A stretch of 60,654 nt of DNA from a virus (lineage: Duplodnaviria > Caudoviricetes): positions 1 through 60,654 of the IMG/VR virus record IMGVR_UViG_3300046777_001314. One strand, 5' to 3'. The notes under the pieces are model-generated. The model was not told the origin of the DNA. It searched no databases and saw only the letters and a list, made by a program, of their open reading frames with translations. Below, in pieces: positions 8,618 to 17,319 of the stretch. The position numbers and the translations under genes are program-made. The number at the start of each line of letters is the position of its first letter. Within the stretch, counting starts at the first letter, position 1.

Positions 8618-9076
8618 ATGGCAACAGTTGATAAAGACTTCAAAGTAAAGAATGGGCTTGTCGTTGCAAACGGCGGTTCATTTGGAGGAACAGTCACTGT
8701 TGCCACTCCTACCCTTGGTACTCATGCAACAACAAAAGATTATGTTGATGCTATTGCTGGCTCACCGTCAGTTCCAGTATCAAGTGAAGCACCAGTTTCC
8801 CCAATTGAAGGAAATCTTTGGTATGACACATTAACAAATAGACTTTATGTTTACTATAATTCAGAATGGATTGCACAGGCTTCACTCGCTGACTCAGAAG
8901 TTCTTCAAGATCACATTCATGATACTGCAATTGATGGTTCAGGACTTATAGTAAGTATTTTTAAAGATGCTGGATATTATAATGAAGCGGGTACCCCATT
9001 AGATGCTGGTTACTACAATACTAACTCATGGTCAGCAACATGGGATGGCGGAATTGCGATAGATAATTTTAATTAA
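8618..9076 (+). CDS. Short fibre/connector protein
   Basis: N-terminus MATVDKDFKVKNGLVV nearly identical to that of 6210; HATTKDYVD, P..GNLWYD, two DAGYYN motifs. Confidence 0.65.
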   Translation: MATVDKDFKVKNGLVVANGGSFGGTVTVATPTLGTHATTKDYVDAIAGSPSVPVSSEAPVSPIEGNLWYDTLTNRLYVYYNSEWIAQASLADSEVLQDHIHDTAIDGSGLIVSIFKDAGYYNEAGTPLDAGYYNTNSWSATWDGGIAIDNFN

Positions 9077-9081
9077 TTATC

Positions 9082-9090
9082 TGTTATAAT
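9082..9090 (+). promoter_or_regulatory. Extended -10 promoter TGTTATAAT
   Basis: Intergenic, before SD GAGGAG and ATG 9121. Confidence 0.65.
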
Positions 9091-9120
9091 ATAACTAAAT
9101 ATACGTGAGGAGTATATAAT

Positions 9121-11232
9121 ATGGCAACAAGAATGCAACAGCGCAGAGGAACCGCTTCACAGTGGACAGGTGCTAATCCAATCCTAAATGCAGGTGAAAT
9201 TGGATGGGAATCAGATACTAATAAATTTAAGATTGGTGACGGAGTAAATCACTGGGCTGATCTAAACTACTTCGTAGATGGAGCAGAACTATCAAATATT
9301 ATTGATGGTGCCCCTGCACTTCTTGATACACTTAATGAATTGGCAGCAGCAATTGGTGATGACCCAGCATTTTTCACAACAGTTGCCACAAATCTTTCTA
9401 ACCATGAATCAGATACAACAAATGTCCACGGAATTGCAAATACAGCAGATCTTGCAACACAAGAATATGTTGATTTAGCAGTCGGAAATGCAGAAGTTGA
9501 CCAGTCAACACTTGCAGGAACAGGTATTGATTGGAACGTTGGAACATCACAGTTTGACATTGATTCAACAGTAGCAACAAAGACATATGCAGATGATGCA
9601 GTGTCAACACACTCCTCAGATACCACTTCTGTTCACGGTATTTCTGATACAGCAGAATTAGCAACAAAGACATTTGCAGCAGAACTCCTCACAAATGCTA
9701 CAAAGTCTAATATTACAATTACAGGCGATAAGAATGGTCTTACAATTACTGCCGAAAATGGAGTCGCAGACTCAACAACAGATAATCTTACAGAAGGATC
9801 TACTAACAAGTATTTCACAGACGAAAGAGCACAAGATGCTGTTGGAAATGCAGTTGGAACTGGTCTTACTTATACAGATGCAACTGGAGAAATTAAAGTA
9901 ACTCCAAATACATACGATGCATATGGAGCAGCCTCAACAGCAGAGTCAAATGCAAATTCATATACTGATACTGCAGTAAGCGGTATTTTAGATGGATCAA
10001 CCTTTACTGGAGTAGTTTCAGTTTCAGATACAACAGAATCAACATCAACAACTACTGGTGCAGTAAAAACTGCGGGTGGTCTTGGTGTAGCAAAGAATGC
10101 CTATATTGGTGGAAACCTAGTAATCTCTGGAGACTTCACTGTAAATGGAACTACAACTACCGTTAGCACACAGGACTTAGTTGTTCAAGACCCACTTATT
10201 TATGTTGGAGAAAATAATGCAGCAAACTCTGTAGATCTTGGTATTGTTGCATCATTTGATAATGGAACATATCAGCACACAGGACTTGTTCGTGATTCAT
10301 CTGACAATGCTTGGAAACTTTTCAAGGGTGTAACAGATGAACCAACAACAACAGTAAACTTTGCACAAGGATCACTTGATGATCTTCAGGTTGGTGGATT
10401 AGCAGCATCATCAATGACATTGGGTGGAATTAATGTTGCCACAGAATCATATGTTGATGGCGCAGTCAGCAACGCAGAAGTTGACCAGTCAACACTTGCT
10501 GGATATGGAATTGACTGGAATGTTTCTACATCACAGTTTGACGTTGATACAACAACTATCCAGGCAAGAGTAGCAGACGTATCTGATACAGAAATTGGAT
10601 ACCTTAATGGTGTTACTTCTGCAATTCAGACACAAATTGATTCTAAGGCACCTTCTGCATCACCAACAATTACTGGACATGCAACAATTGAAGGTGTAAC
10701 AGCAACAGGTGCAACAGGAACAGGAAAATTTGTATTTGATAATTCTCCAACACTTGTGACACCTGTACTTGGTGTGGCTACTGCTACATCTATCAACGGT
10801 ACAACAATCCCATCATCTAAGACTATTGTAGTTACTACAGATAAGTTGAGCGTACACGCTGCTACTACATCTGCAGAACTAGCGGGTGTTATCTCTGATG
10901 AGACAGGTACTGGCGCTCTTGTATTTGCTAATTCTCCAACATTGGTAACACCAGCACTTGGAACACCATCATCTGCAACGTTAACAAATGCAACTGGCCT
11001 ACCACTTAGCACAGGTGTGACAGGAACTCTTCCAGTTGCAAATGGTGGTACTGGACTTACATCATACACATCTGGTGATTTTATCTATGCAACTGGTTCA
11101 ACAACACTTTCTAAACTTGGAAAGGGATCTGCAAACCAAGTAATGTACATGAAGGCTGATGGTTCGGGACCAGAGTGGAGAACTGCAGCAGCAGGAGCAG
11201 CATTCAGCGAATTAATGTTGATTGGTGCATAG
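9121..11232 (+). CDS. Tail-fibre protein with an Mtd N-terminal-like domain
   Basis: QQRRGTASQW...NPILNAGEIGWESDTNKFKIGDG; APALLDTLNELAAA; GTLPVANGGTG; C-terminal ELMLIGA; exact 26-nt repeat at 9490-9515 and 10474-10499. Confidence 0.75.
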   Translation: MATRMQQRRGTASQWTGANPILNAGEIGWESDTNKFKIGDGVNHWADLNYFVDGAELSNIIDGAPALLDTLNELAAAIGDDPAFFTTVATNLSNHESDTTNVHGIANTADLATQEYVDLAVGNAEVDQSTLAGTGIDWNVGTSQFDIDSTVATKTYADDAVSTHSSDTTSVHGISDTAELATKTFAAELLTNATKSNITITGDKNGLTITAENGVADSTTDNLTEGSTNKYFTDERAQDAVGNAVGTGLTYTDATGEIKVTPNTYDAYGAASTAESNANSYTDTAVSGILDGSTFTGVVSVSDTTESTSTTTGAVKTAGGLGVAKNAYIGGNLVISGDFTVNGTTTTVSTQDLVVQDPLIYVGENNAANSVDLGIVASFDNGTYQHTGLVRDSSDNAWKLFKGVTDEPTTTVNFAQGSLDDLQVGGLAASSMTLGGINVATESYVDGAVSNAEVDQSTLAGYGIDWNVSTSQFDVDTTTIQARVADVSDTEIGYLNGVTSAIQTQIDSKAPSASPTITGHATIEGVTATGATGTGKFVFDNSPTLVTPVLGVATATSINGTTIPSSKTIVVTTDKLSVHAATTSAELAGVISDETGTGALVFANSPTLVTPALGTPSSATLTNATGLPLSTGVTGTLPVANGGTGLTSYTSGDFIYATGSTTLSKLGKGSANQVMYMKADGSGPEWRTAAAGAAFSELMLIGA

Positions 11233-11274
11233 TACTTCAAAATAATTAGAGTACTAACTCTAAACTAAAGATTG

Positions 11275-11305
11275 ACACGCTCTTATTGAGCGTGTTTTTC
11301 TTTTT
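11275..11305 (+). terminator. Intrinsic terminator
   Basis: ACACGCTC-ttatt-GAGCGTGT followed by TTTTCTTTTT. Confidence 0.85.
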
Positions 11306-11312
11306 AATTCTA

Positions 11313-11348
11313 TGATATACTTAACACTACTTTGGAAATTACAAAGTA
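11313..11348 (+). promoter_or_regulatory. Extended -10 promoter TGATATACT with a 5' hairpin, upstream of nrdJ
   Basis: TGATATACT 11313-11321; TACTTTG-gaaatta-CAAAGTA 11328-11348. Confidence 0.6.
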
Positions 11349-11380
11349 CTCAACTTATTTTTGCTATGAAAGGTAAATAA

Positions 11381-13414
11381 ATGTCAGAAACCGTATTCTC
11401 TTTTCGTCTTTCAGATGAATTTGTAAATAAATATAATAATGTTCCAAGCCCTTTTGGGTTCTCAGATGCAGGGTCTAACTCGCTAGGAGAGATTACATTT
11501 ATTCGTACATATTCTCGTGTTAAAGAAGATGGAACTAAGGAGCGCTGGCATGAGGTTTGCCGTCGTGTAATTGAGGGTATGTACTCAGTACAGAAGAACC
11601 ATGCCAAGGATAACCGTCTACCATGGAATGACAATAAGGCACAGAAGTCTGCTCAAGAGGCATTCCAAAGAATGTTTGAATTAAAGTGGACCCCACCAGG
11701 TCGTGGTCTTTGGGCATTTGGAACACCTATGACTATGGAAAAGCGCAACTCTGCTTCTCTTCAAAACTGTGCAATGGTTTCTACTCGTGATATTGATCGT
11801 AATGATCCTGGTGCCCTTTTTGCTTGGGTAATGGATGCATTAATGTTGGGTATTGGAGTAGGCTTTGATACCCTTGGACAAGATAAGCAAATGTCTATTT
11901 ATGCTCCTACAGAACCAGCATCAATCTATGAAATTCCAGATACCCGTGAGGGATGGGTAGAATCTGTTCGTCTTTTGATTAATTCATTTTTGCGACAGAA
12001 CCAGCCAATTCAAGAGTTTAACTATGATCTTATCCGTCCTCTAGGAGCCCCTATTAAGGGCTTTGGAGGCGTTGCAAGCGGTCCACAGCCACTTATTGAT
12101 CTACATACACGCATTCGTAATGTAATCGGTTCTAGAGCAGGAGAAGCACTAGACAGTCGTGCCATCGTAGACATTGTAAATCTTATTGGTACTTGTGTTG
12201 TTTCTGGAAATGTTCGTCGTTCTGCTACTCTTGCTTTGGGTACACCAGAAGATGAAGGCTTTATTAATCTTAAGAATCCAGAAGTATTTCCAGAAAGAAA
12301 TTCATACGATCCAGAAAAACCAGGTTGGGCATGGATGAGTAATAACTCAATTGCTGCTGAGGTTGGAACAAAGTATGAAGATTATGTAGATTTAATTGCA
12401 GACAATGGAGAACCAGGTTTTATCTGGCTTGATGTTGCTCGTAATTATGGCCGTCTTGCGGATGCTCCTGATTATAAGGACACTCGCATTATGGGCTTCA
12501 ACCCTTGTGCGGAGCAGCCATTGGAAAGTTACGAATTATGTACACTTGTAGAAGTGCATCTTAATCGTCATGAATCCAAGGAGGACTTCCTCAAGACGTT
12601 GAAATTTGCTTATCTTTACGGAAAGACTGTAACATTAATGCCAACACATTGGCAACAGACAAACGGTATCATGCAGAGAAATCGCCGTATTGGAACATCT
12701 CTTACAGGTATTGCCGCATTTGCTGATGAGCATGGTCTTCCAACAACTCGTGAGTGGATGGATGAAGGCTATAACACAATTCGTAAGTATGATCATCAAT
12801 ATTCAGAGTGGCTTTGTGTTCGTGAATCAGTTCGTGTAACAACAGTGAAGCCATCAGGATCTGTATCACTTCTTTCTGGTGCTACCCCTGGAGTTCACTG
12901 GGGCCCTGGTGGAGAATTCTATCTTCGTGCCATTCGTTTTGGTAATCAAGATCCAATGCTTCATTTATTTAAGGCAGCAGGGTATAAAATTGAAGATGAC
13001 CTAGTTTCAGCAAATACATCAGTAGTTTACTTCCCAGTGGCATCAGGACATAAACGTTCTGAAAAGCAGGTTAGCCTATTTGAAAAGATTGGTTTGGCAG
13101 CAACTGCTCAAAAGTACTGGTCAGATAATGGTGTCTCTGTAACTCTATCTTTTGACAAGGAAGAGGAGAAGAAGTTTGTTGCTCCAGCACTAAATATGTA
13201 CGAGGGACAGTTAAAAGCAGTTTCATTCCTTCCAATGGGAAATAAGACATACCCTCAGCAGCCTTATACAGAAATCACAAGAGAAGAATATAACTCATAT
13301 GTAGGCAAGATTGGCAAGATTGACTGGTCTGCTATTTATGATGGTGTAGAAAATCTTGAGGCTGCTGGAGAAGCATATTGCTCAACTGATGCTTGTGAGA
13401 TTAAGTTTTATTAA
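11381..13414 (+). CDS. nrdJ: Class II (adenosylcobalamin-dependent) monomeric ribonucleoside-triphosphate reductase
   Basis: PPGRGLW, LQNC, GNVRRSA, NPCAEQPL active site, TTVKPSG, C-terminal CSTDAC redox pair; no small-subunit gene nearby. Confidence 0.92.
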   Translation: MSETVFSFRLSDEFVNKYNNVPSPFGFSDAGSNSLGEITFIRTYSRVKEDGTKERWHEVCRRVIEGMYSVQKNHAKDNRLPWNDNKAQKSAQEAFQRMFELKWTPPGRGLWAFGTPMTMEKRNSASLQNCAMVSTRDIDRNDPGALFAWVMDALMLGIGVGFDTLGQDKQMSIYAPTEPASIYEIPDTREGWVESVRLLINSFLRQNQPIQEFNYDLIRPLGAPIKGFGGVASGPQPLIDLHTRIRNVIGSRAGEALDSRAIVDIVNLIGTCVVSGNVRRSATLALGTPEDEGFINLKNPEVFPERNSYDPEKPGWAWMSNNSIAAEVGTKYEDYVDLIADNGEPGFIWLDVARNYGRLADAPDYKDTRIMGFNPCAEQPLESYELCTLVEVHLNRHESKEDFLKTLKFAYLYGKTVTLMPTHWQQTNGIMQRNRRIGTSLTGIAAFADEHGLPTTREWMDEGYNTIRKYDHQYSEWLCVRESVRVTTVKPSGSVSLLSGATPGVHWGPGGEFYLRAIRFGNQDPMLHLFKAAGYKIEDDLVSANTSVVYFPVASGHKRSEKQVSLFEKIGLAATAQKYWSDNGVSVTLSFDKEEEKKFVAPALNMYEGQLKAVSFLPMGNKTYPQQPYTEITREEYNSYVGKIGKIDWSAIYDGVENLEAAGEAYCSTDACEIKFY

Positions 13415-13423
13415 TCCTTAGCC

Positions 13424-13432
13424 TGCTATAAT
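13424..13432 (+). promoter_or_regulatory. Extended -10 promoter TGCTATAAT
   Basis: Intergenic, before SD AGGAG and ATG 13450. Confidence 0.65.
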
Positions 13433-13449
13433 AGTGTGATAGGAGAATA

Positions 13450-16400
13450 ATGTCTAACGCATCCAATTTATATGCAGAAAAAGTGTTTGCAGAGCACCCA
13501 TTGGGTCTTTGGGCTTTAGACGACAAACTTGACTATATAAGTCTTATATCAGAAGCACAAAGAAACATTAGTTCTGCATGGGATGTTGAGAATGGTGGTA
13601 TTGAGGCAACTTTAACTCCACCATCGGGAGTACCTTTTCCAGATAGCACTACTACAACAGTATTTTCTCAGGTTTTTTTAACAGACACAAATGATGTAAA
13701 TTTTTGGAGTCCAGACCTAATTAACTTTACAAGTCTTGATCAGGACAAGGGAAGTTTTTGTGTAGGTTCTTATGTATATTGCGATAGCGCATACATGAAT
13801 TCTATTTCTATAGGATATGAATATACTGATCCAAATACTTTAGAGGTTACAAGAAACTATAAAACGTTTCAAACCTCTGTAACCCAGACTTGGCTTTTTA
13901 TTTCTGAGACATTTGAAATTCCAAACGTTAATGCACAACTAAGAGCATTTTTATCAATAAACGTTAGTTCTGGGGGATCAACAACAGAGGCGTATAGGTT
14001 TTATGTTAATGGAGTAACTGTTGGACAATGGTCAGAAGAATTTAACGCAAAATCTTTGGGTGTGTCTTATGAAACTATTCCTTTAGGTATTTCAACTTAT
14101 GGTGGACACAACGGAGTAAAAGCAAGTGCGTATGGATTAGAAGATAATCCAGGATATTATATTGCCTATCCAAATTTATTAGCAAGAAATACAAGCATCC
14201 CCATGGTATTTGGAGCATCAAACCTAACAAAACTTAGTCCTTCAAACACTGCATCTTTAATAGTCCCAGGAAAAGGTTTTTTAAATAAAAAGGGTCAGTT
14301 TCTTGATTACACCATAGAGTTTTGGGCAAAAATAAACTCAGACTCTGGAACAGATAAAAAAATATTTGGTCCCATATCTTCTACTGACGGACTTTATGTA
14401 AATCAAGGATTTTTAACTTTTGCTGTTGGAGATAATTTTGGTTCTCATTTTGTTGGTGAATGGTTTAGACCAATGCTTATACATATAAGAATAATTAAAG
14501 ATTCAGTTTCTGTTTTATTAAATGGAGAACAGGTTATAGCATTTAGCATAAATACAGATACCTTAGAATTACCAAATGAACTTGATCAAGATGGAAACAA
14601 TCAAGACTGGCTTGGTTTTTATTCGTATGAGGATGTTTTCCCATATGAAATTGACTGTGTTGCAATTTATCCTTATTCTGTACCGCTTAATATTGCAAAA
14701 AGAAGATGGGTTTATGGGCAAGCAGTAATATCTACAGAATCTATTAATTCTTCTTATAACGGAAGTTCTGCATTTATTGATTACCCATTTGCAAACTATA
14801 CATCAAATTATACTTATCCAAATTTTGCAAATTGGAATCAGGGAAGTTTTGATAACTTAAATACAACTGCAACATCTTTATCTACACCGTTATATAGGCT
14901 TCCAGAGATATTTACTGGATCAAAAACTTTACAAAATTTTTATGATGATAATCAGGCAATTCAGTCAGGTGCAAATAAGTTTATTACATTTAAACCAAAT
15001 TCAACATGGGAAGGTGTTCAGTCATACATAAACTTTCCATCTCTGAATATTCTAAACGATGAAGTGCATACGATTTATGGAATTTTTAGTTCAGATAGTT
15101 TGCTTTTAGAAGAAACTCTTTTTAAAATTTATAATACCTCAACAGGAAATTTTTTTGCTGTAAGAAAAGACTTAGATGAAATTCACTATTATTTAAATTA
15201 TAATGGACAAGAAGAAGAAATTTATAGATCTTCTGTTGTTCAAGAAGAAGAACTATTTGTTGCTGGTATTAATATAGATAGGCTTGTAAGTTCATTCGGT
15301 GGCAACGTTGCAACATTTTTTGGAAGCAAAAATAATTTAAGATTGTATGTTGCTGGAGAAGAAGATAATCAGTATTCATTTAATGGAAAAATGTATTCGT
15401 TTGGACTATCTACATCTTTTAATACTTCTACCATTAGTAATCATTTTTCAGAAAATGGTATTGCCTTACTTGATTCAACTGAAGAACTATTAGGGCATAC
15501 CGCAAGTTACACACTGCTTCCACTAGAAGAGTATGGGCTTTTCTACCTTGACATAGGTATTTCTGGATACTGGGAAGACTATTTGCCATTATCTTATTTT
15601 GGCAAGTATGTAAGTGGTAAGACTGGGAATTATTATTATGACTTAGACTTCTTACAGTTTAATATTGATTATCCAGCACCAGTTTCAGTAATTGAACATA
15701 TAACCGAGCCATACATAACATATAATACTGAAAATGCTTCAGTAAAAACATACATAACTTTTCAATATATTACAGACGGTGCTAATTCATTACAGGAAAA
15801 TTTTACAACAACCATACCAGTTTCTGAGTCAAATATTATAGATATTGATTTATATCCAAACTGGACAACAACAAAGTTTGAGGTTATTGATGGAACTCTT
15901 ATATATCCAAGTAAACTTATAGACTTCAATTCTTTAGCAATTGTTTATCATGTTGAGTTTGACTGTAAAGGAATTATTAAAAAACCAGTTCAAATTAAAA
16001 AATTAGAGTTAGCATCGCAAGCACTTAATGACAATTCTTTTAATCCAATTGGAACAAGATTTGGAATAAACTTATTTCCATATAAAAAGTCGGGAATTTA
16101 CTATGACTATAAATCAAAAAATCCATTCAGCATATATAAAGGAACAAGTCCATATTTATATTTAACTAGGGATTCTGGTATTAAGGTTCGTGGAGAATTT
16201 GATCCACAAACAAGCCGTGGCATTGCAATATCTATAAATGAATCAAAATCTAGTAGTTATCAGATTAACGCCATTCAGTTATGGATGAAATACGATAAGT
16301 CTATGTTTCCAGAAAATGAATTAGAACTTTTTGATATAAAGTATAAAAATGATACAATTAAGTTTTATTATGTATCAGACACCCTAAAAAGAAATCGTGC

Positions 16401-16905
16401 AAAAATAATTGCAAAAAGTTTAAATACGGGACAAGAATTTAATGGGTTGTCCTATTACCAAAATGGAATACTAGTTAGAGAGCCCAGAATCAGTTTAAAC
16501 GAATGGTTGTCCCTTGGAATTTCTTTTTCTAACTCTTTAAGTTTTAACTCTTATATAGGTTCAATTGACCTAAATGGAGAAATGCTATTTAATAATATAT
16601 CTTATTATCAGGCAAATAGTTTGCAGCAACTACAAAAATACATTACAAGACCATGGATTAGTGTTAAAAATGATGGATTGGTTGACCTTGATTGGCAGTA
16701 CTGGCTTAACGACTATGTTTGGCAGGGTGTTCTGGTTGTTGCATCAACTAACCTTTATTCTACTAATCCAGACGAAATTTATAAAACATATATAGGAACC
16801 AATAAAATCATTGTAGATGACTCACAGGGAATTTCGTTTGACCCAGAAAAGGTTAGCATATATAGCGAAAGATCTTGGCAGACAACCATCAAAACTCCAG
16901 TGTAA
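13450..16905 (+). CDS. Large virion protein with LamG/concanavalin-A-like domains
   Basis: 1151 aa; EHPLGLWALDD N-terminus, YTIEFWAK...LLNGEQV...IDCVAIY LamG-like pattern. Confidence 0.6.
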   Translation: MSNASNLYAEKVFAEHPLGLWALDDKLDYISLISEAQRNISSAWDVENGGIEATLTPPSGVPFPDSTTTTVFSQVFLTDTNDVNFWSPDLINFTSLDQDKGSFCVGSYVYCDSAYMNSISIGYEYTDPNTLEVTRNYKTFQTSVTQTWLFISETFEIPNVNAQLRAFLSINVSSGGSTTEAYRFYVNGVTVGQWSEEFNAKSLGVSYETIPLGISTYGGHNGVKASAYGLEDNPGYYIAYPNLLARNTSIPMVFGASNLTKLSPSNTASLIVPGKGFLNKKGQFLDYTIEFWAKINSDSGTDKKIFGPISSTDGLYVNQGFLTFAVGDNFGSHFVGEWFRPMLIHIRIIKDSVSVLLNGEQVIAFSINTDTLELPNELDQDGNNQDWLGFYSYEDVFPYEIDCVAIYPYSVPLNIAKRRWVYGQAVISTESINSSYNGSSAFIDYPFANYTSNYTYPNFANWNQGSFDNLNTTATSLSTPLYRLPEIFTGSKTLQNFYDDNQAIQSGANKFITFKPNSTWEGVQSYINFPSLNILNDEVHTIYGIFSSDSLLLEETLFKIYNTSTGNFFAVRKDLDEIHYYLNYNGQEEEIYRSSVVQEEELFVAGINIDRLVSSFGGNVATFFGSKNNLRLYVAGEEDNQYSFNGKMYSFGLSTSFNTSTISNHFSENGIALLDSTEELLGHTASYTLLPLEEYGLFYLDIGISGYWEDYLPLSYFGKYVSGKTGNYYYDLDFLQFNIDYPAPVSVIEHITEPYITYNTENASVKTYITFQYITDGANSLQENFTTTIPVSESNIIDIDLYPNWTTTKFEVIDGTLIYPSKLIDFNSLAIVYHVEFDCKGIIKKPVQIKKLELASQALNDNSFNPIGTRFGINLFPYKKSGIYYDYKSKNPFSIYKGTSPYLYLTRDSGIKVRGEFDPQTSRGIAISINESKSSSYQINAIQLWMKYDKSMFPENELELFDIKYKNDTIKFYYVSDTLKRNRAKIIAKSLNTGQEFNGLSYYQNGILVREPRISLNEWLSLGISFSNSLSFNSYIGSIDLNGEMLFNNISYYQANSLQQLQKYITRPWISVKNDGLVDLDWQYWLNDYVWQGVLVVASTNLYSTNPDEIYKTYIGTNKIIVDDSQGISFDPEKVSIYSERSWQTTIKTPV

Positions 16906-16907
16906 TA

Positions 16908-16916
16908 TGGTATACT
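16908..16916 (+). promoter_or_regulatory. Extended -10 promoter TGGTATACT, leaderless
   Basis: 7 nt before ATG 16924, no SD. Confidence 0.6.
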
Positions 16917-16923
16917 GATGGTT

Positions 16924-17319
16924 ATGGATTCTTTAATTAACCCCGAAACTGGCGAACCTATCGTTAAAAATGTACGTAGGCAGGTCATTGAGAAGAAGTA
17001 TAACTGGGGCCTATACGTATATAAGAAGTCAAACGGGAAATGGTTTACAGATGGCAATGGCAATGTGCTTAATATTGAGTCTGTTCGTAATGATTTATCC
17101 AAAATTGCAGAATTAAGGGCAGCAGCCAAGCACTATGGCGATGATGGTGAGGGTGAGTGTGTCTTTGTTCCTGGGCTAACCAGAATTACTGACGAAGAGC
17201 ATTCAGAGCAGATTGATCGTATGAAGGCTGGGCTTATCCCATCTATGAACGATCTTGGTGCATGGCATGCAGCACAGCAAACACTTAATAAAGCAGGTAA
17301 GGACGCATTTGATGAGTAA
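16924..17319 (+). CDS. Hypothetical protein preceding the portal
   Basis: ORF track 16918-17319; ATG 16924 fits a leaderless start; overlaps the portal start. Confidence 0.65.
   Translation: MDSLINPETGEPIVKNVRRQVIEKKYNWGLYVYKKSNGKWFTDGNGNVLNIESVRNDLSKIAELRAAAKHYGDDGEGECVFVPGLTRITDEEHSEQIDRMKAGLIPSMNDLGAWHAAQQTLNKAGKDAFDE

Noticed and set aside
9121-9270. Mtd N-terminal-like domain as a sign of a diversity-generating retroelement
   Set aside because: No reverse transcriptase and no template/variable repeat pair with adenine-specific mismatches seen in the window
11233-11380. Cobalamin riboswitch or NrdR box upstream of nrdJ
   Set aside because: Too short and no B12-box; ACACTACTTTGG matches the NrdR consensus only in its first half
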